A stretch of 64,000 nucleotides of DNA from Lachnospiraceae bacterium. GTDB lineage: Bacteria; Bacillota; Clostridia; Lachnospirales; Lachnospiraceae. The first letter of the stretch is position 1. Each line of letters begins with the position of its first letter. Below, in pieces: positions 16,908-26,768 of the stretch. The stretch covers positions 211 to 64,210 of the forward strand of contig JAGAQG010000030.1 in assembly GCA_017622875.1 (NCBI GenBank). Direction: 5' to 3'. Position numbers and translations under genes: made by a program. The notes beneath the pieces were generated by a model. The model worked only from the letters and a program-made list of their open reading frames with translations. It was not told the DNA's origin and ran no database searches.

Positions 16908-17801
16908 ATGCAGGTAAAGAATTTAATATCCAGATTAGAGCAGATGATGCCCTTCATGTCAGAAAAAGAAAAAAGAATTGCCAGATTTGTTTTGGAAAAC
17001 AGACAACAAGTACTATCATTGACATTGAAAGAGATTTCTACAAAGACAGAAGTTAGTGAAGCGACGATTATTCGATTTGCACGAAAGATTGGCTGTGATG
17101 GATATGCGGATTTTAAAATTGCATTGTCTGCGAGTTTATCCACAAATTCCGTAAATGAAAAATCGGATCCAATGTTTCGAACGATTCAGCAGACGGATTC
17201 ACCAGGGGTAATTTTAGAAAAAATTAGTGCGCTGACAATTAGTTCTATATATTCTACGATTGATATTATTGATAAGCAGCAATTAGCAGAGGCGGTGAAG
17301 TTGATACGTAAGACTCATGAAAGCCATCATAGAATTTATTTGAGTGGAAGTGGAGCCAGTGCTGGTCCGGTAAAGGAAATGATTATCAAATTCATGAGAT
17401 TGAATATTCCAGTTATTTATCATGAGGATAGTCATATTCAGTTGGAATCTAATCTGAATATGGAAGAAAATGATTTGCTGATTTGTTTTACTACATTGGG
17501 GAGGTCTATTCAGTCGCATCAATACATTGATATTGCAAATCAAAAGAAGGCAAAAGTGATTTTAATTACTCAATTTGGAAATTTAGAGCTGGAAAAGAAG
17601 GCGACAGTTACATTATCCGTAGCATCTTTGGAAGATAGAAGACGATTAGTAAGCCAGACAGCACTTATTGTTCAGTCGTTGATTGTAAACACATTATTTA
17701 CGTCTTTAGCGCTTGAAAAGTTACCAGAACTTGAAAATAAGATTGAAGAAAAGAATATCATATTTGATGAACTTGGATATATTGCAGGGGATCACAGATA
17801 G
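16908..17801 (+). CDS. MurR/RpiR family transcriptional regulator (HTH_6 + SIS)
   Basis: EKRIARFVLENRQQVLSLTLKEISTKTEVSEATIIRFARKIGCDGYADFK followed by an SIS-like half. Confidence 0.85.
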   Translation: MQVKNLISRLEQMMPFMSEKEKRIARFVLENRQQVLSLTLKEISTKTEVSEATIIRFARKIGCDGYADFKIALSASLSTNSVNEKSDPMFRTIQQTDSPGVILEKISALTISSIYSTIDIIDKQQLAEAVKLIRKTHESHHRIYLSGSGASAGPVKEMIIKFMRLNIPVIYHEDSHIQLESNLNMEENDLLICFTTLGRSIQSHQYIDIANQKKAKVILITQFGNLELEKKATVTLSVASLEDRRRLVSQTALIVQSLIVNTLFTSLALEKLPELENKIEEKNIIFDELGYIAGDHR

Positions 17802-17859
17802 TTGGTAGAAAAAAAGAATTAGCAATTTTGTATATAAGGTTTAGTTTAAAACTATAACA

Positions 17860-17895
17860 AAGAAGAAAGCAGGTGAAACAACCTGCTTTCTTCTT
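17860..17895 (+). terminator. Rho-independent terminator
   Basis: AAGAAGAAAGCAGG-TGAAACAA-CCTGCTTTCTTCTT, a 14-bp perfect stem with a U-rich 3' arm. Confidence 0.65.
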
Positions 17896-17988
17896 TGTTG
17901 AAAAAATACACAAAATCACATATGATATTTATGGGGAAATTTTGATTTTAAGAATTACTTTATATATAGAAGCGAGAGGTATTTTAGT

Positions 17989-19014
17989 ATGGCAGTAACG
18001 ATAAAAGATGTGGCAGCGTTAGCAGGGGTTTCGCCATCCACAGTATCAAGAACTTGCAAGGATAATCCATCCATCAGCAAGGAAACGAAAGAAAAAGTAA
18101 GAAAGGCAATGATTCAGCTTGGCTACGAGCCAAACTTTCAGGCAAGCAATCTGGCGAGTCAGAATTCCAAGACTATCGGTATTATTTTGCCGCCGTCTGC
18201 AAGAGAGACTTTCGAAAATCCGTTCTTTTTAGAGACCATCCGAGGCATCAGCCAGTTCTGTAATGGAAGACAGTACATCAGTACCATTGTCACTGGTCAG
18301 AATAGCGAAGAGCTTTTAGGAGCTATCCGCACCATGGTGCGAAGCGGTCAGGTAGACGGATTTATTATGCTCTATTCCAAAGAAGATGACGCTATTATTG
18401 AATATTTGAATGAAGAAGGTCTTCTTTATGTATTGATCGGTAAGGCGCAGCAATTTGCGAACCTGACAATTTACATTGATAATGACAATGTTCTGGCAGG
18501 AAAAGAAGCAACAGATTATTTATATAAGTTAGGACATCGAAAGATTGCGTATCTTGGAAGCGAAAGTATTAAGCTGTTTTCAGCAGACCGTAAAACAGGA
18601 TATCAGCTTTCCATGCTTCAGAATGACCTGGCGGTAAACAGCGACTATATCATTGAGGTGGAGGGTGTTTATCTGGATGAATGCGAACCGCTCCAAAGAT
18701 TGCTGACCTCAGAAGACCGTCCGACTGCCATCGTGGTAAGTGATGACATCTTAGCGGTTTCACTGGAACGTGTATGTATTTTATGTGGTCTGTCGATTCC
18801 AGAGGATCTGTCGATTATATCATTTAATGATTCGCTGTTCGCACGACTGACTCATCCGCCATTGACTTCCATTGACGTGAATTCTTGTCAGCTTGGTATC
18901 GAGGCAGCATCACAGCTCATTAACCACATTGAAAATCCAAATCTTGTGGCAACAAAGATTATTGTACCTCATTCTCTGGTAGAGAGAGAAAGCTGCCGAC
19001 AGATTACAGAATAA
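17989..19014 (+). CDS. LacI family transcriptional regulator
   Basis: MAVTIKDVAALAGVSPSTVSRTCKDNPSISKETKEKV HTH plus a periplasmic-binding-like core. Confidence 0.9.
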   Translation: MAVTIKDVAALAGVSPSTVSRTCKDNPSISKETKEKVRKAMIQLGYEPNFQASNLASQNSKTIGIILPPSARETFENPFFLETIRGISQFCNGRQYISTIVTGQNSEELLGAIRTMVRSGQVDGFIMLYSKEDDAIIEYLNEEGLLYVLIGKAQQFANLTIYIDNDNVLAGKEATDYLYKLGHRKIAYLGSESIKLFSADRKTGYQLSMLQNDLAVNSDYIIEVEGVYLDECEPLQRLLTSEDRPTAIVVSDDILAVSLERVCILCGLSIPEDLSIISFNDSLFARLTHPPLTSIDVNSCQLGIEAASQLINHIENPNLVATKIIVPHSLVERESCRQITE

Positions 19015-19029
19015 AGAAGGAGAAGACCA

Positions 19030-20385
19030 ATGAAAAAGAATCATAACAGATGGACCTACGGACTTGGAACTGTGGGACGTGATATGGTGTATACACTGAT
19101 CAGTATGTATTTAATGTTTTATTTGACAGATGTTTTACATTTGCCGGATGGAGTGCTTTGGTGGGTAACAGCCATTATTATGGCAGCCAGAGTGTTTGAT
19201 GCGTTTAATGATCCATTTATGGGTGTGATCGTAGACAATACCCACACAAAATATGGAAAATTTAAGCCATGGATCTGCATTGGATCTGTACTGTCCAGTA
19301 TTTTAACAGTTTTATTATTTACAGATTTTGGACTCTCCGGCGGTGCGTTCATTGTAGTATTTGGAATTATCTACGTTTTATGGGGAATTACATATACAAT
19401 GCATGACATTTCCTACTGGTCTATGATGCCTACATTGAGTCAGGACCAGAGAGAGCGTGAGCAGATTGGTTCTGTGGCACGTATTTGCGCAAGTGTCGGG
19501 CTTTTTGCAGTGGTTTCACTGATCGTTCCGGTAACAGAAGCGATTGGAAATGCAGTAGGAAGCCTTCAGAAAGGTTACTTTATTCTTGCAATCGTACTTG
19601 TGACAATTATGTTGGCATTTTTATGCTTCACTGTATTTGGTGTAAAAGAACCGAAGCTGGAAAGCCAGAAGAAAGAACATACTTCTGTAAAAGAACTGGT
19701 GCGTATTATTTTCCAGAATGATCAGCTTCTTGTAACAGCCATTGCCATGGCGTTATTTATGATTGGATATTGTACGACCACAAGTTTTGGTCTGTACTAT
19801 TTTAAATATGTATATGGTGATGAAGGAATGTATTCTATCTTTGCATTGATTCTAGGTGTTTCTCAGATCTTTGCATTGTCTATTTTCCCAATGCTTGGCA
19901 AGCGTTTTCCGAGAAAGAAATTATATGCATTTGCCACAGCAATGGTAGTGGCAGGATATATTATTTTCTTCTTTGCACCGACAAATACCATGTTATTTAT
20001 CGGAATCGCAGGTCTGATTCTGTTTATTGGGCAGGCATTTATTCAGGTCATGACACTGATGTTCTTAACAGACAGTGTGGAATATGGTGAGTGGAAATTT
20101 GGTAAGAGAAATGACAGCGTTACTTTTTCTTTGCAGCCATTTATCAATAAAATGGGCGGTGCAGTAGGAAGCGGTGTGGTAGGTGCCATTGTAATTGTTT
20201 CCGGTATGAGCCAGGCCCAGAGTGCTGCGGATATGACAGCTTCGGGAATCTTTATTTTGAAAATGGCCATGATGGTGTTTCCGCTGATTTGTATTTTAGT
20301 AGGATTTTTGGTTTACCGTTCAAAATACATTTTAGATGAAGAAATGTATGCAAAGATTGTGAGGGAACTCAATGAACGAAAATAA
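19030..20385 (+). CDS. GPH-family glycoside:cation symporter (MFS)
   Basis: 12-TM profile. YGLGTVGRDMVYTLISMYLMFYLTDVL is a typical MelB/GPH N-terminus. Confidence 0.85.
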   Translation: MKKNHNRWTYGLGTVGRDMVYTLISMYLMFYLTDVLHLPDGVLWWVTAIIMAARVFDAFNDPFMGVIVDNTHTKYGKFKPWICIGSVLSSILTVLLFTDFGLSGGAFIVVFGIIYVLWGITYTMHDISYWSMMPTLSQDQREREQIGSVARICASVGLFAVVSLIVPVTEAIGNAVGSLQKGYFILAIVLVTIMLAFLCFTVFGVKEPKLESQKKEHTSVKELVRIIFQNDQLLVTAIAMALFMIGYCTTTSFGLYYFKYVYGDEGMYSIFALILGVSQIFALSIFPMLGKRFPRKKLYAFATAMVVAGYIIFFFAPTNTMLFIGIAGLILFIGQAFIQVMTLMFLTDSVEYGEWKFGKRNDSVTFSLQPFINKMGGAVGSGVVGAIVIVSGMSQAQSAADMTASGIFILKMAMMVFPLICILVGFLVYRSKYILDEEMYAKIVRELNERK

Positions 20386-22216
20386 AAAACTGACACTGAA
20401 TAGTAAAGTAGGCGAACTTTATGAAACACCAGTGGGACATGATACCATCGCGAAGGTTCTTATGCAGCTGGGATTACCTGAGAAGGCTATTACAAACTTT
20501 TTTGTGTCAAATTTAAAGTTAAAGACCCTCGCGGTGCTGACAAAGCCGAAGCTTGGAGAAGGATTTTTTGATGCGCTTCTTCATCTGATCAACAGCGAAA
20601 AAGATGTACCGTTCGTATCTCGCGGACCGATCACAAAGAAATGGTGGAAGGAAGCGGTATTTTATCAGATTTATCCGAGAAGCTTTTATGATACCAATGG
20701 AGATGGCATCGGTGATCTTCCGGGAATCATTGAAAAGCTGGATTATTTGAAAGATTTAGGTGTAGATGCTCTTTGGCTTTCTCCGATCTATGATTCTCCA
20801 AATGATGATAATGGCTATGATATCCGGGACTATCGCAAGATTATGGAAGAATTTGGAACCATGGAGGACTTTGATAAGCTGCTCTTGGAAGTTCATAAGC
20901 GGGATATGCGGCTGATCATGGATTTGGTCGTGAATCATACTTCTGATGAACATGAATGGTTCAAAAAAGCACTGGAAGATCCGGACTCTAAATATAGAGA
21001 TTACTATTATTTTAGAAAAGATGATGGCAGTAAGAAAGAACCAAATAACTGGAATTCTTTTTTTGCAGGTCCTGCATGGAACTATTACGAGAAATCCGAT
21101 TCATGGGCGCTGCATTTATTTTCTAAAAAGCAGATGGATTTGAATTGGGAAAATCCGGAGGTACGTACAGAAGTCATCGATATGGTAAACTGGTGGCTGG
21201 ATAAGGGCGTGGATGGTTTCCGTATGGATGTCATCAATTACATTTCCAAGGAAGAGGGTCTTCCGCAGGGAAATGAAGTGATCGGTCAGATGATGGGCTA
21301 TTATGGAATCGAGCATTATTATTATGGTCCAAAGCTTCATCAGTTCTTACATGAGATCCATGAAAAGGCATTTGCGCCTCATGATGCATTCTCTGTAGGT
21401 GAAACACCGGGAATTGGAATGAAAATGTGTCAGCTGGTGACAGGAGAAGAGAGAAAAGAGCTGGATATGGTATTTTCTTTCGATCATCTGGAGACACCGG
21501 GGCATGTGCGTATGGATAGTTACGAATATGACCTGAATTATTACAGAGATTATATGATTGACTGGCTGACAAATTATGGAAATAACTGTTGGATGTCGGT
21601 ATTTTATAATAATCATGACAATCCTCGTATGGTCAATAAAATCACAGAAGATACGAAGTACCATGAAGCCATTATGAAACTGCTGGCAGTCATGCAGCTG
21701 ACTTTAAAGGGGACACCTTTTATTTTCCAGGGAGATGAAATGGGATTGGTAAATTATCAATTTACTTCCATGGATCAGATAACGGACGTAGAGGCAAAAG
21801 GCTATTATGCAGAATATCTGGAAAAAATGTCAGAGAAAGATGCCTTTTTAAAGATTTTAGCAGGTACGAGAGAACATACTCGTGTACTTCTGCCTTGGAA
21901 TGAAAAACTTCCGGATTATCATAAAGGATTAAAGCAGAATATCAGAGAAAATATTACAAAAGTTTATAAAGAACTGATCAAGCTGCGTCATTCAGATTTG
22001 ACATTTATTTATGGAGAATTTGATGTATTAAATAAGGAAAAAGACCGGTTTGTATATAAACGTTCTCTGGATGGTGCAGAATACATTGTGGACTGTAATC
22101 TTGGAAAAGAAACAAAGAAAGCATATAGAAATAAAGAATTTGAATGTATTTTTACTACAGGAAATATAGAGGATACATTAGGTGCGTATGAAGCGCGTAT
22201 CTGGAAAAAGAAGTAA
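20372..22216 (+). CDS. GH13 alpha-glucosidase / oligo-1,6-glucosidase with about 85-aa N-terminal extension
   Basis: WWKEAVFYQIYPRSFYDTNGDGIGDLPGI, GVDALWLSPIY, DLVVNHTSDEH, GFRMDVINY, NHDNPR. It overlaps the transporter stop by 14 nt. Confidence 0.9.
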   Translation: MNENKKLTLNSKVGELYETPVGHDTIAKVLMQLGLPEKAITNFFVSNLKLKTLAVLTKPKLGEGFFDALLHLINSEKDVPFVSRGPITKKWWKEAVFYQIYPRSFYDTNGDGIGDLPGIIEKLDYLKDLGVDALWLSPIYDSPNDDNGYDIRDYRKIMEEFGTMEDFDKLLLEVHKRDMRLIMDLVVNHTSDEHEWFKKALEDPDSKYRDYYYFRKDDGSKKEPNNWNSFFAGPAWNYYEKSDSWALHLFSKKQMDLNWENPEVRTEVIDMVNWWLDKGVDGFRMDVINYISKEEGLPQGNEVIGQMMGYYGIEHYYYGPKLHQFLHEIHEKAFAPHDAFSVGETPGIGMKMCQLVTGEERKELDMVFSFDHLETPGHVRMDSYEYDLNYYRDYMIDWLTNYGNNCWMSVFYNNHDNPRMVNKITEDTKYHEAIMKLLAVMQLTLKGTPFIFQGDEMGLVNYQFTSMDQITDVEAKGYYAEYLEKMSEKDAFLKILAGTREHTRVLLPWNEKLPDYHKGLKQNIRENITKVYKELIKLRHSDLTFIYGEFDVLNKEKDRFVYKRSLDGAEYIVDCNLGKETKKAYRNKEFECIFTTGNIEDTLGAYEARIWKKK

Positions 22217-22299
22217 GTCTGTTTTTGTGATGTTATCACTGATAAGATGAAAAATCAGGTTATAATAAAATATAGAACAAAAGTACAGGAGGAATGATT

Positions 22300-22608
22300 A
22301 TGGCAGTTATTGATATTACAAAAAATAATTTTAAAGAAGAAGTAGCGGAATATAAAGGAACTGTTCTTTTGGATTTCTGGACAGTGTGGTGTGGACCATG
22401 CCGCATGGTTTCTCCGATTATAGATGAAATTGCGGAAGAAAGAACAGATATTAAAGTAGGTAAGGTCAATGTAGATGACCAGATGGAGCTTGCAAGAATC
22501 TTTAAGGTTGTTAACATTCCTACATTAGTAGTGATTAAGGACGGCAAAGTTGTGGCACAGCAGATTGGAGCTGTTCCTAAGGAAAAAATCTTAGAATTAT
22601 TAGCATAG
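22300..22608 (+). CDS. trxA: Thioredoxin
   Basis: WCGPC active site. AGGAGG lies 7 nt before ATG 22300. The ORF-track start at 22294 is only 1 nt after the SD sequence. Confidence 0.9.
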   Translation: MAVIDITKNNFKEEVAEYKGTVLLDFWTVWCGPCRMVSPIIDEIAEERTDIKVGKVNVDDQMELARIFKVVNIPTLVVIKDGKVVAQQIGAVPKEKILELLA

Positions 22609-22627
22609 ATAGCAGTATTTTGGTGTT

Positions 22628-23593
22628 ATGAATTATATTATTTTAGATTTGGAATGGAACCAGTCAGCAAAGGGCAAAAATTTTGAAAAAAAGGAGCTGC
22701 CCTTTGAAATAATTCAGATTGGTGCAGTAAAATTAAATGAAAAAGGAGACGTACAGGACATTTTTAATTGTGTTGTACGTCCTTCTGTGTATAAAAAATT
22801 GCATTCGGCGGTAAAAGAAGTCGTTGCTCTAAGTGATGAGGATTTAAAGAATGGTGTTTCTTTTCAGGAAGCATTTATGCATCTGATGCAGTTTTGCGAG
22901 GATGATTATGTTTTCTGCACCTGGGGTTCTCAGGATCTTTGGCAATTGCAGCAGAATATGCAGTATTATCAGATTGAAAATGCATTTCCTAAAGTCATGA
23001 AATATTATGACGTGCAGAAAATCTTCTCCATTGTTTTTGAGGACGGAAAGCTACGAAGAACAGTAGAACATGCGGTAGACGTATTTGAATTTGAAAAAGA
23101 TTTAATGTTCCACAGTGCGGTCAATGATGCACGTTATGTGGCAAGGATTTTCCAGAGACTTCTCGAAAATAAAGAAGCCATGGAACGGGTGTCTGTAGAT
23201 TACTATAAACCTCCATTGACGAAAAAGGATGAGGTTTGTTTGAGATTTAAGACTTACAGCAAATATGTTTACAGGGTTTTCCCTTCCAAGGAAGAGGCTA
23301 TGGAGGATAAGAGCGTCTGTTCTATCAAATGTCCAATCTGCAGAACTGCCCTTCGTAAAAAGGTCATGTGGTTTACAGGAAATTCCAAGAAATATTACTG
23401 TGTGGCTAAATGTCCGTTTCACGGATTTGTGCGTGGAAAGATTCAGATGAAAAAATATGCGGGTGACCCACATATGGTTTTTCCAATCAAGATTGTAAAA
23501 CCAATTTCCGAGGAAGATGTGGAAAAAATCTGTGAGATGAAAAAACAAGTTGCGGAAAAGCGCAGATTAAAACGCATGAAACAAGGCTCCTAA
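22628..23593 (+). CDS. DEDDh-type 3'-5' exonuclease domain protein with Cys-rich C-terminal domain
   Basis: IILDLEWN (ExoI), FCTWGSQDL and HSAVNDARY motifs. C-terminal CPICRT...CVAKCPFHG. Confidence 0.7.
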   Translation: MNYIILDLEWNQSAKGKNFEKKELPFEIIQIGAVKLNEKGDVQDIFNCVVRPSVYKKLHSAVKEVVALSDEDLKNGVSFQEAFMHLMQFCEDDYVFCTWGSQDLWQLQQNMQYYQIENAFPKVMKYYDVQKIFSIVFEDGKLRRTVEHAVDVFEFEKDLMFHSAVNDARYVARIFQRLLENKEAMERVSVDYYKPPLTKKDEVCLRFKTYSKYVYRVFPSKEEAMEDKSVCSIKCPICRTALRKKVMWFTGNSKKYYCVAKCPFHGFVRGKIQMKKYAGDPHMVFPIKIVKPISEEDVEKICEMKKQVAEKRRLKRMKQGS

Positions 23594-23629
23594 AGCGTAA
23601 GCTTTAAGAGCCTTATTTTAGATCATTAA

Positions 23630-24823
23630 TTAATCTGTTGTGTAGTTATCAAAGTATCCCTGGATGAGAATAATTGGTGTACCCTTATCTCCGGAACCGG
23701 ATGTTAAGTCACACAGAGAACCAAGAAGGTCTGTTAACTGTCTAGGGGTTGTACCCTGAGAAGCCATGTTGCCTACTAAGTTATCCTGTTTTGCTTTGAT
23801 ACTGTTAGAGATTGCTTCTTTTAATTCTGCGCCGCTAAGGTTTGCAAAATCATTGTCAGCAAGGTATTTTAATTTTAATTCGTTTGGTGTACCAATGAGA
23901 CCATCTGTAAATGCTGGAGAAACAACAGGGTCTGCAAGTTCCCAGATTTTACCCTGAGGATCTTTGAAAGCACCATCGCCGTATACCATAACTTCGATGA
24001 GTTTGCCTGTTTTTTCTAACAGTTTGTTCTGGATAGCAACTACTAAATCCTTACATTCCTGTGGGAAGAGTTTGATCTTTCCTTCAGTTGCTTTGTTAGA
24101 TCCTAAAAGACCATATTTTTCATTGTATCCACTGCCGTTTACTGGAGCATTCATAATATCATCAAGACCAAGTACAACTTTTGCACCATTTTCTTTTAAG
24201 ATGCGTTTTGTACGTACTCTTGTGTGGATGTCACAGTTGATAACGCAGTCTGTGTAGTTTAAAATTGTTTTTGCCTGATTAGCAAATACGATTTCTACAT
24301 CAGCGCCTGCTTCACGTACGAGGCTTGCATAGTAGTCTACATAATCAACACCTGTAAATTCATGTACGTTTGAGCCGAATAATTCGCGATATTTTTCTAA
24401 TGATAAAACATCTGAATATGGGTTGATTCCTGCATCGTCTAACTGATCATAAGTAAGTAATGCATTACCTACTTCATCGCTTGGATAGCTGAGCATGAGA
24501 ACTACTTTTTTGCATCCCATTGCAATACCTTTTAAGTTGATTGCAAAACGGTTTCTGGAGAGGATTGGGAAAATAACACCAACGGTTTCTCCACCTGTTT
24601 TTGCTTTTACATCTGCTGCAATGTCTTCAACAGTTGCGTAGTTACCCTGTGCACGGGCTACGATAGATTCTGTAATACCGATTACATCACGGTTTCTAAG
24701 CTCGAATCCTTCACTTTCAGCTGCTTCCATAACGCTGGTTACTACGATATCTACAAGATTATCTCCTTCACGAATAATAGGGCAGCGAACGCCCCTTGAT
24801 ACTGTACCGATTTTTCTTTCCAT
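23630..24823 (-). CDS. CofE-like (F420-0:gamma-glutamyl ligase family) protein
   Basis: N-terminal GVRCPIIREGDNLVDIVV...DVIGITESIVARAQGNY pattern recalled from CofE-family proteins. Not searched. Confidence 0.55.
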   Translation of the reverse strand: MERKIGTVSRGVRCPIIREGDNLVDIVVTSVMEAAESEGFELRNRDVIGITESIVARAQGNYATVEDIAADVKAKTGGETVGVIFPILSRNRFAINLKGIAMGCKKVVLMLSYPSDEVGNALLTYDQLDDAGINPYSDVLSLEKYRELFGSNVHEFTGVDYVDYYASLVREAGADVEIVFANQAKTILNYTDCVINCDIHTRVRTKRILKENGAKVVLGLDDIMNAPVNGSGYNEKYGLLGSNKATEGKIKLFPQECKDLVVAIQNKLLEKTGKLIEVMVYGDGAFKDPQGKIWELADPVVSPAFTDGLIGTPNELKLKYLADNDFANLSGAELKEAISNSIKAKQDNLVGNMASQGTTPRQLTDLLGSLCDLTSGSGDKGTPIILIQGYFDNYTTD

Positions 24824-24994
24824 ACCTTTTATCCCACCTTTGGTAAATTAAATACATAAATACTATATCATATTTCGATAAAAAATAAATATATTATTCT
24901 TACTAAAATGCCTGTTTTTTATGAAAAATCCTTATAAAATAAGGGAAAATCACTTATGATTCTCCCTTAAGTACTGTTATGTATACAATTGATT

Positions 24995-25855
24995 TTAATC
25001 CACATCTTCAATCTTCTTATCAAGCGGTTTTTCCAGAGAGGATGGATTCTGCATAAATCTGCGCAGTTTACGAAGAGATAATGCAAAGTAAAGCCCATCA
25101 CAGAATCGTTCGTCGCAGACCAGTCCAAATCCCATCTCTTTTTGTGCAATGACGGTATTGCCCTGTACAGAAGCAACCTGTTTCTCTTTTCCCATGGCAA
25201 AGAATAATCCGGTAGTTCCAAACTCATATACATGATGGTAAATGTGATTGATCCCAAGTGATTTCAGGTTGGTAATAAAAAAGGATGTATGGAATGGGCT
25301 TAATTCCACAATTGCTTTTGGAAGAATATTGTGCTTGTCCATCCAGAGCAATGTATTGACTACCAGTTTGATGAGTGGTCCGGGAATCTTTTTCATCAAT
25401 GTGCGAAGAAGTTTATCAGTATCGTTTTCTCCGGTACGCCCTACGGTTTCCTTCTCGATTGCTTTGTTAATGGTTTCAGCAATCTCTAAAATAGTTTCTG
25501 TTCCTTCAAAGCAGAGCTTGATGGTAGTTCCTACACTTTCATTTCGAAGGGTTGGATGTACGACAAAGCTTACCCAGATTTTTGGTCTGGCGTAAATCTT
25601 TCCGTTCATACAGAAACGGTTCAGCTGTGGTCTTAAAGCAATGAGGCGAACAATTGCGGCAATGATAATGTGCATATAACTTAAATTGATACCTTCTGAG
25701 GCTTTTTCTTTAATATAAGCATCCATAGGATCACAGACAAAAGTATCTTCGTACATATTCATAGAATCGGTACGAGTCTTCATAACATAAGGCATGATCA
25801 TCTGCATTGGTTCCAGGTTTTGAATGGCACGGCCATCAGGTCGTTGATTAAGCAT
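24995..25855 (-). CDS. Stand-alone 2-oxoacid-dehydrogenase-type acyltransferase catalytic domain protein
   Basis: C-terminal CDERFCDG resembles the DHRxxDG catalytic motif. GGGGGA lies 5 nt before ATG 25855; alternative starts at 25882 and 25867. Confidence 0.55.
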   Translation of the reverse strand: MLNQRPDGRAIQNLEPMQMIMPYVMKTRTDSMNMYEDTFVCDPMDAYIKEKASEGINLSYMHIIIAAIVRLIALRPQLNRFCMNGKIYARPKIWVSFVVHPTLRNESVGTTIKLCFEGTETILEIAETINKAIEKETVGRTGENDTDKLLRTLMKKIPGPLIKLVVNTLLWMDKHNILPKAIVELSPFHTSFFITNLKSLGINHIYHHVYEFGTTGLFFAMGKEKQVASVQGNTVIAQKEMGFGLVCDERFCDGLYFALSLRKLRRFMQNPSSLEKPLDKKIEDVD

Positions 25856-26004
25856 AAATTCCCCCATCTTATTATAATTCATTTTTTATTTATAAAATTT
25901 ATAAAAATTTTAGATTCTTTCAAATTATAGGGGATAACCATAAAATAAACAAGAGAAATGTTAAAAAATGGCGAAAAATAAAGGTTTTTAATCATTTTTA
26001 CAGA

Positions 26005-26038
26005 ACAAAAAGAGGATGAATCCAAAGCGGATTCATCC
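26005..26038 (-). terminator. Rho-independent terminator of the rubrerythrin gene
   Basis: GGATGAATCC-N5-GGATTCATCC followed on the minus strand by TCTTTTTG. Confidence 0.75.
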
Positions 26039-26105
26039 CTTCCATTTAAGAGGCTATTATGTTTTACTTATTAAAACGTCAGTTTCAATAAGGGTGGACC
26101 AGTTC

Positions 26106-26648
26106 TTATCCAAAGTATCTTTCTAAAAGACCCTGGAATGCTTTGCCGTGTCTTGCTTCATCGCGTGCCATTTCATGAACTGTATCATGGATAGCGTCGA
26201 GGTTTAATTCTTTTGCACGTTTTGCAAGATCAAATTTACCAGCTGTAGCACCGTTTTCTGCTGCAACTCTCATTTCGAGGTTCTTCTTTGTGCTTGCTGT
26301 AACAACTTCGCCTAATAATTCAGCAAATTTAGCTGCGTGTTCTGCTTCTTCATAAGCTGCTTTTTCCCAGTATAAACCGATTTCTGGATATCCTTCTCTG
26401 TGAGCTACTCTAGCCATAGCAAGGTACATACCAACTTCTGAGCATTCGCCTTCGAAGTTTGCTCTTAAGTCCATAATGATGTCTTCTGGAGCGCCTTCAG
26501 CTACACCAACGATGTGTTCAGCTGCCCAAGACATTGTTCCTTCCTGTTTTGTGAATTTTTCTGCTGGAACCTTACATACTGGACATACTTCTGGAGCAGA
26601 ATCTCCTTCGTGAACGTAACCGCATACTGAACATACATATTTTGCCAT
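26106..26648 (-). CDS. Reverse rubrerythrin (N-terminal rubredoxin-like domain + diiron ferritin-like domain)
   Basis: CSVCGY...CPVC at the N-terminus, then E..E.H diiron ligand motifs ([24 protein letters not shown]). Confidence 0.9.
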   Translation of the reverse strand: MAKYVCSVCGYVHEGDSAPEVCPVCKVPAEKFTKQEGTMSWAAEHIVGVAEGAPEDIIMDLRANFEGECSEVGMYLAMARVAHREGYPEIGLYWEKAAYEEAEHAAKFAELLGEVVTASTKKNLEMRVAAENGATAGKFDLAKRAKELNLDAIHDTVHEMARDEARHGKAFQGLLERYFG

Positions 26649-26705
26649 AATTTGTTTCTCCTTTTTATATATATTTTTTAAAATTCTTTGGTAGTTAGTA
26701 ATAAT

Positions 26706-26752
26706 AGTAATTATTACTGATTTAAGTATATCATATTTTATTTGGTTGTCAA
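26706..26752 (-). promoter_or_regulatory. SigA-type promoter plus Fur-family (PerR-like) box of the rubrerythrin gene
   Basis: Minus strand: TTGACA (26747-26752)-N16-TATACT (26725-30), then the inverted repeat AGTAAT-T-ATTACT at 26706-26718. Confidence 0.65.
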
Positions 26753-26768
26753 TACTATTTTTATGATT

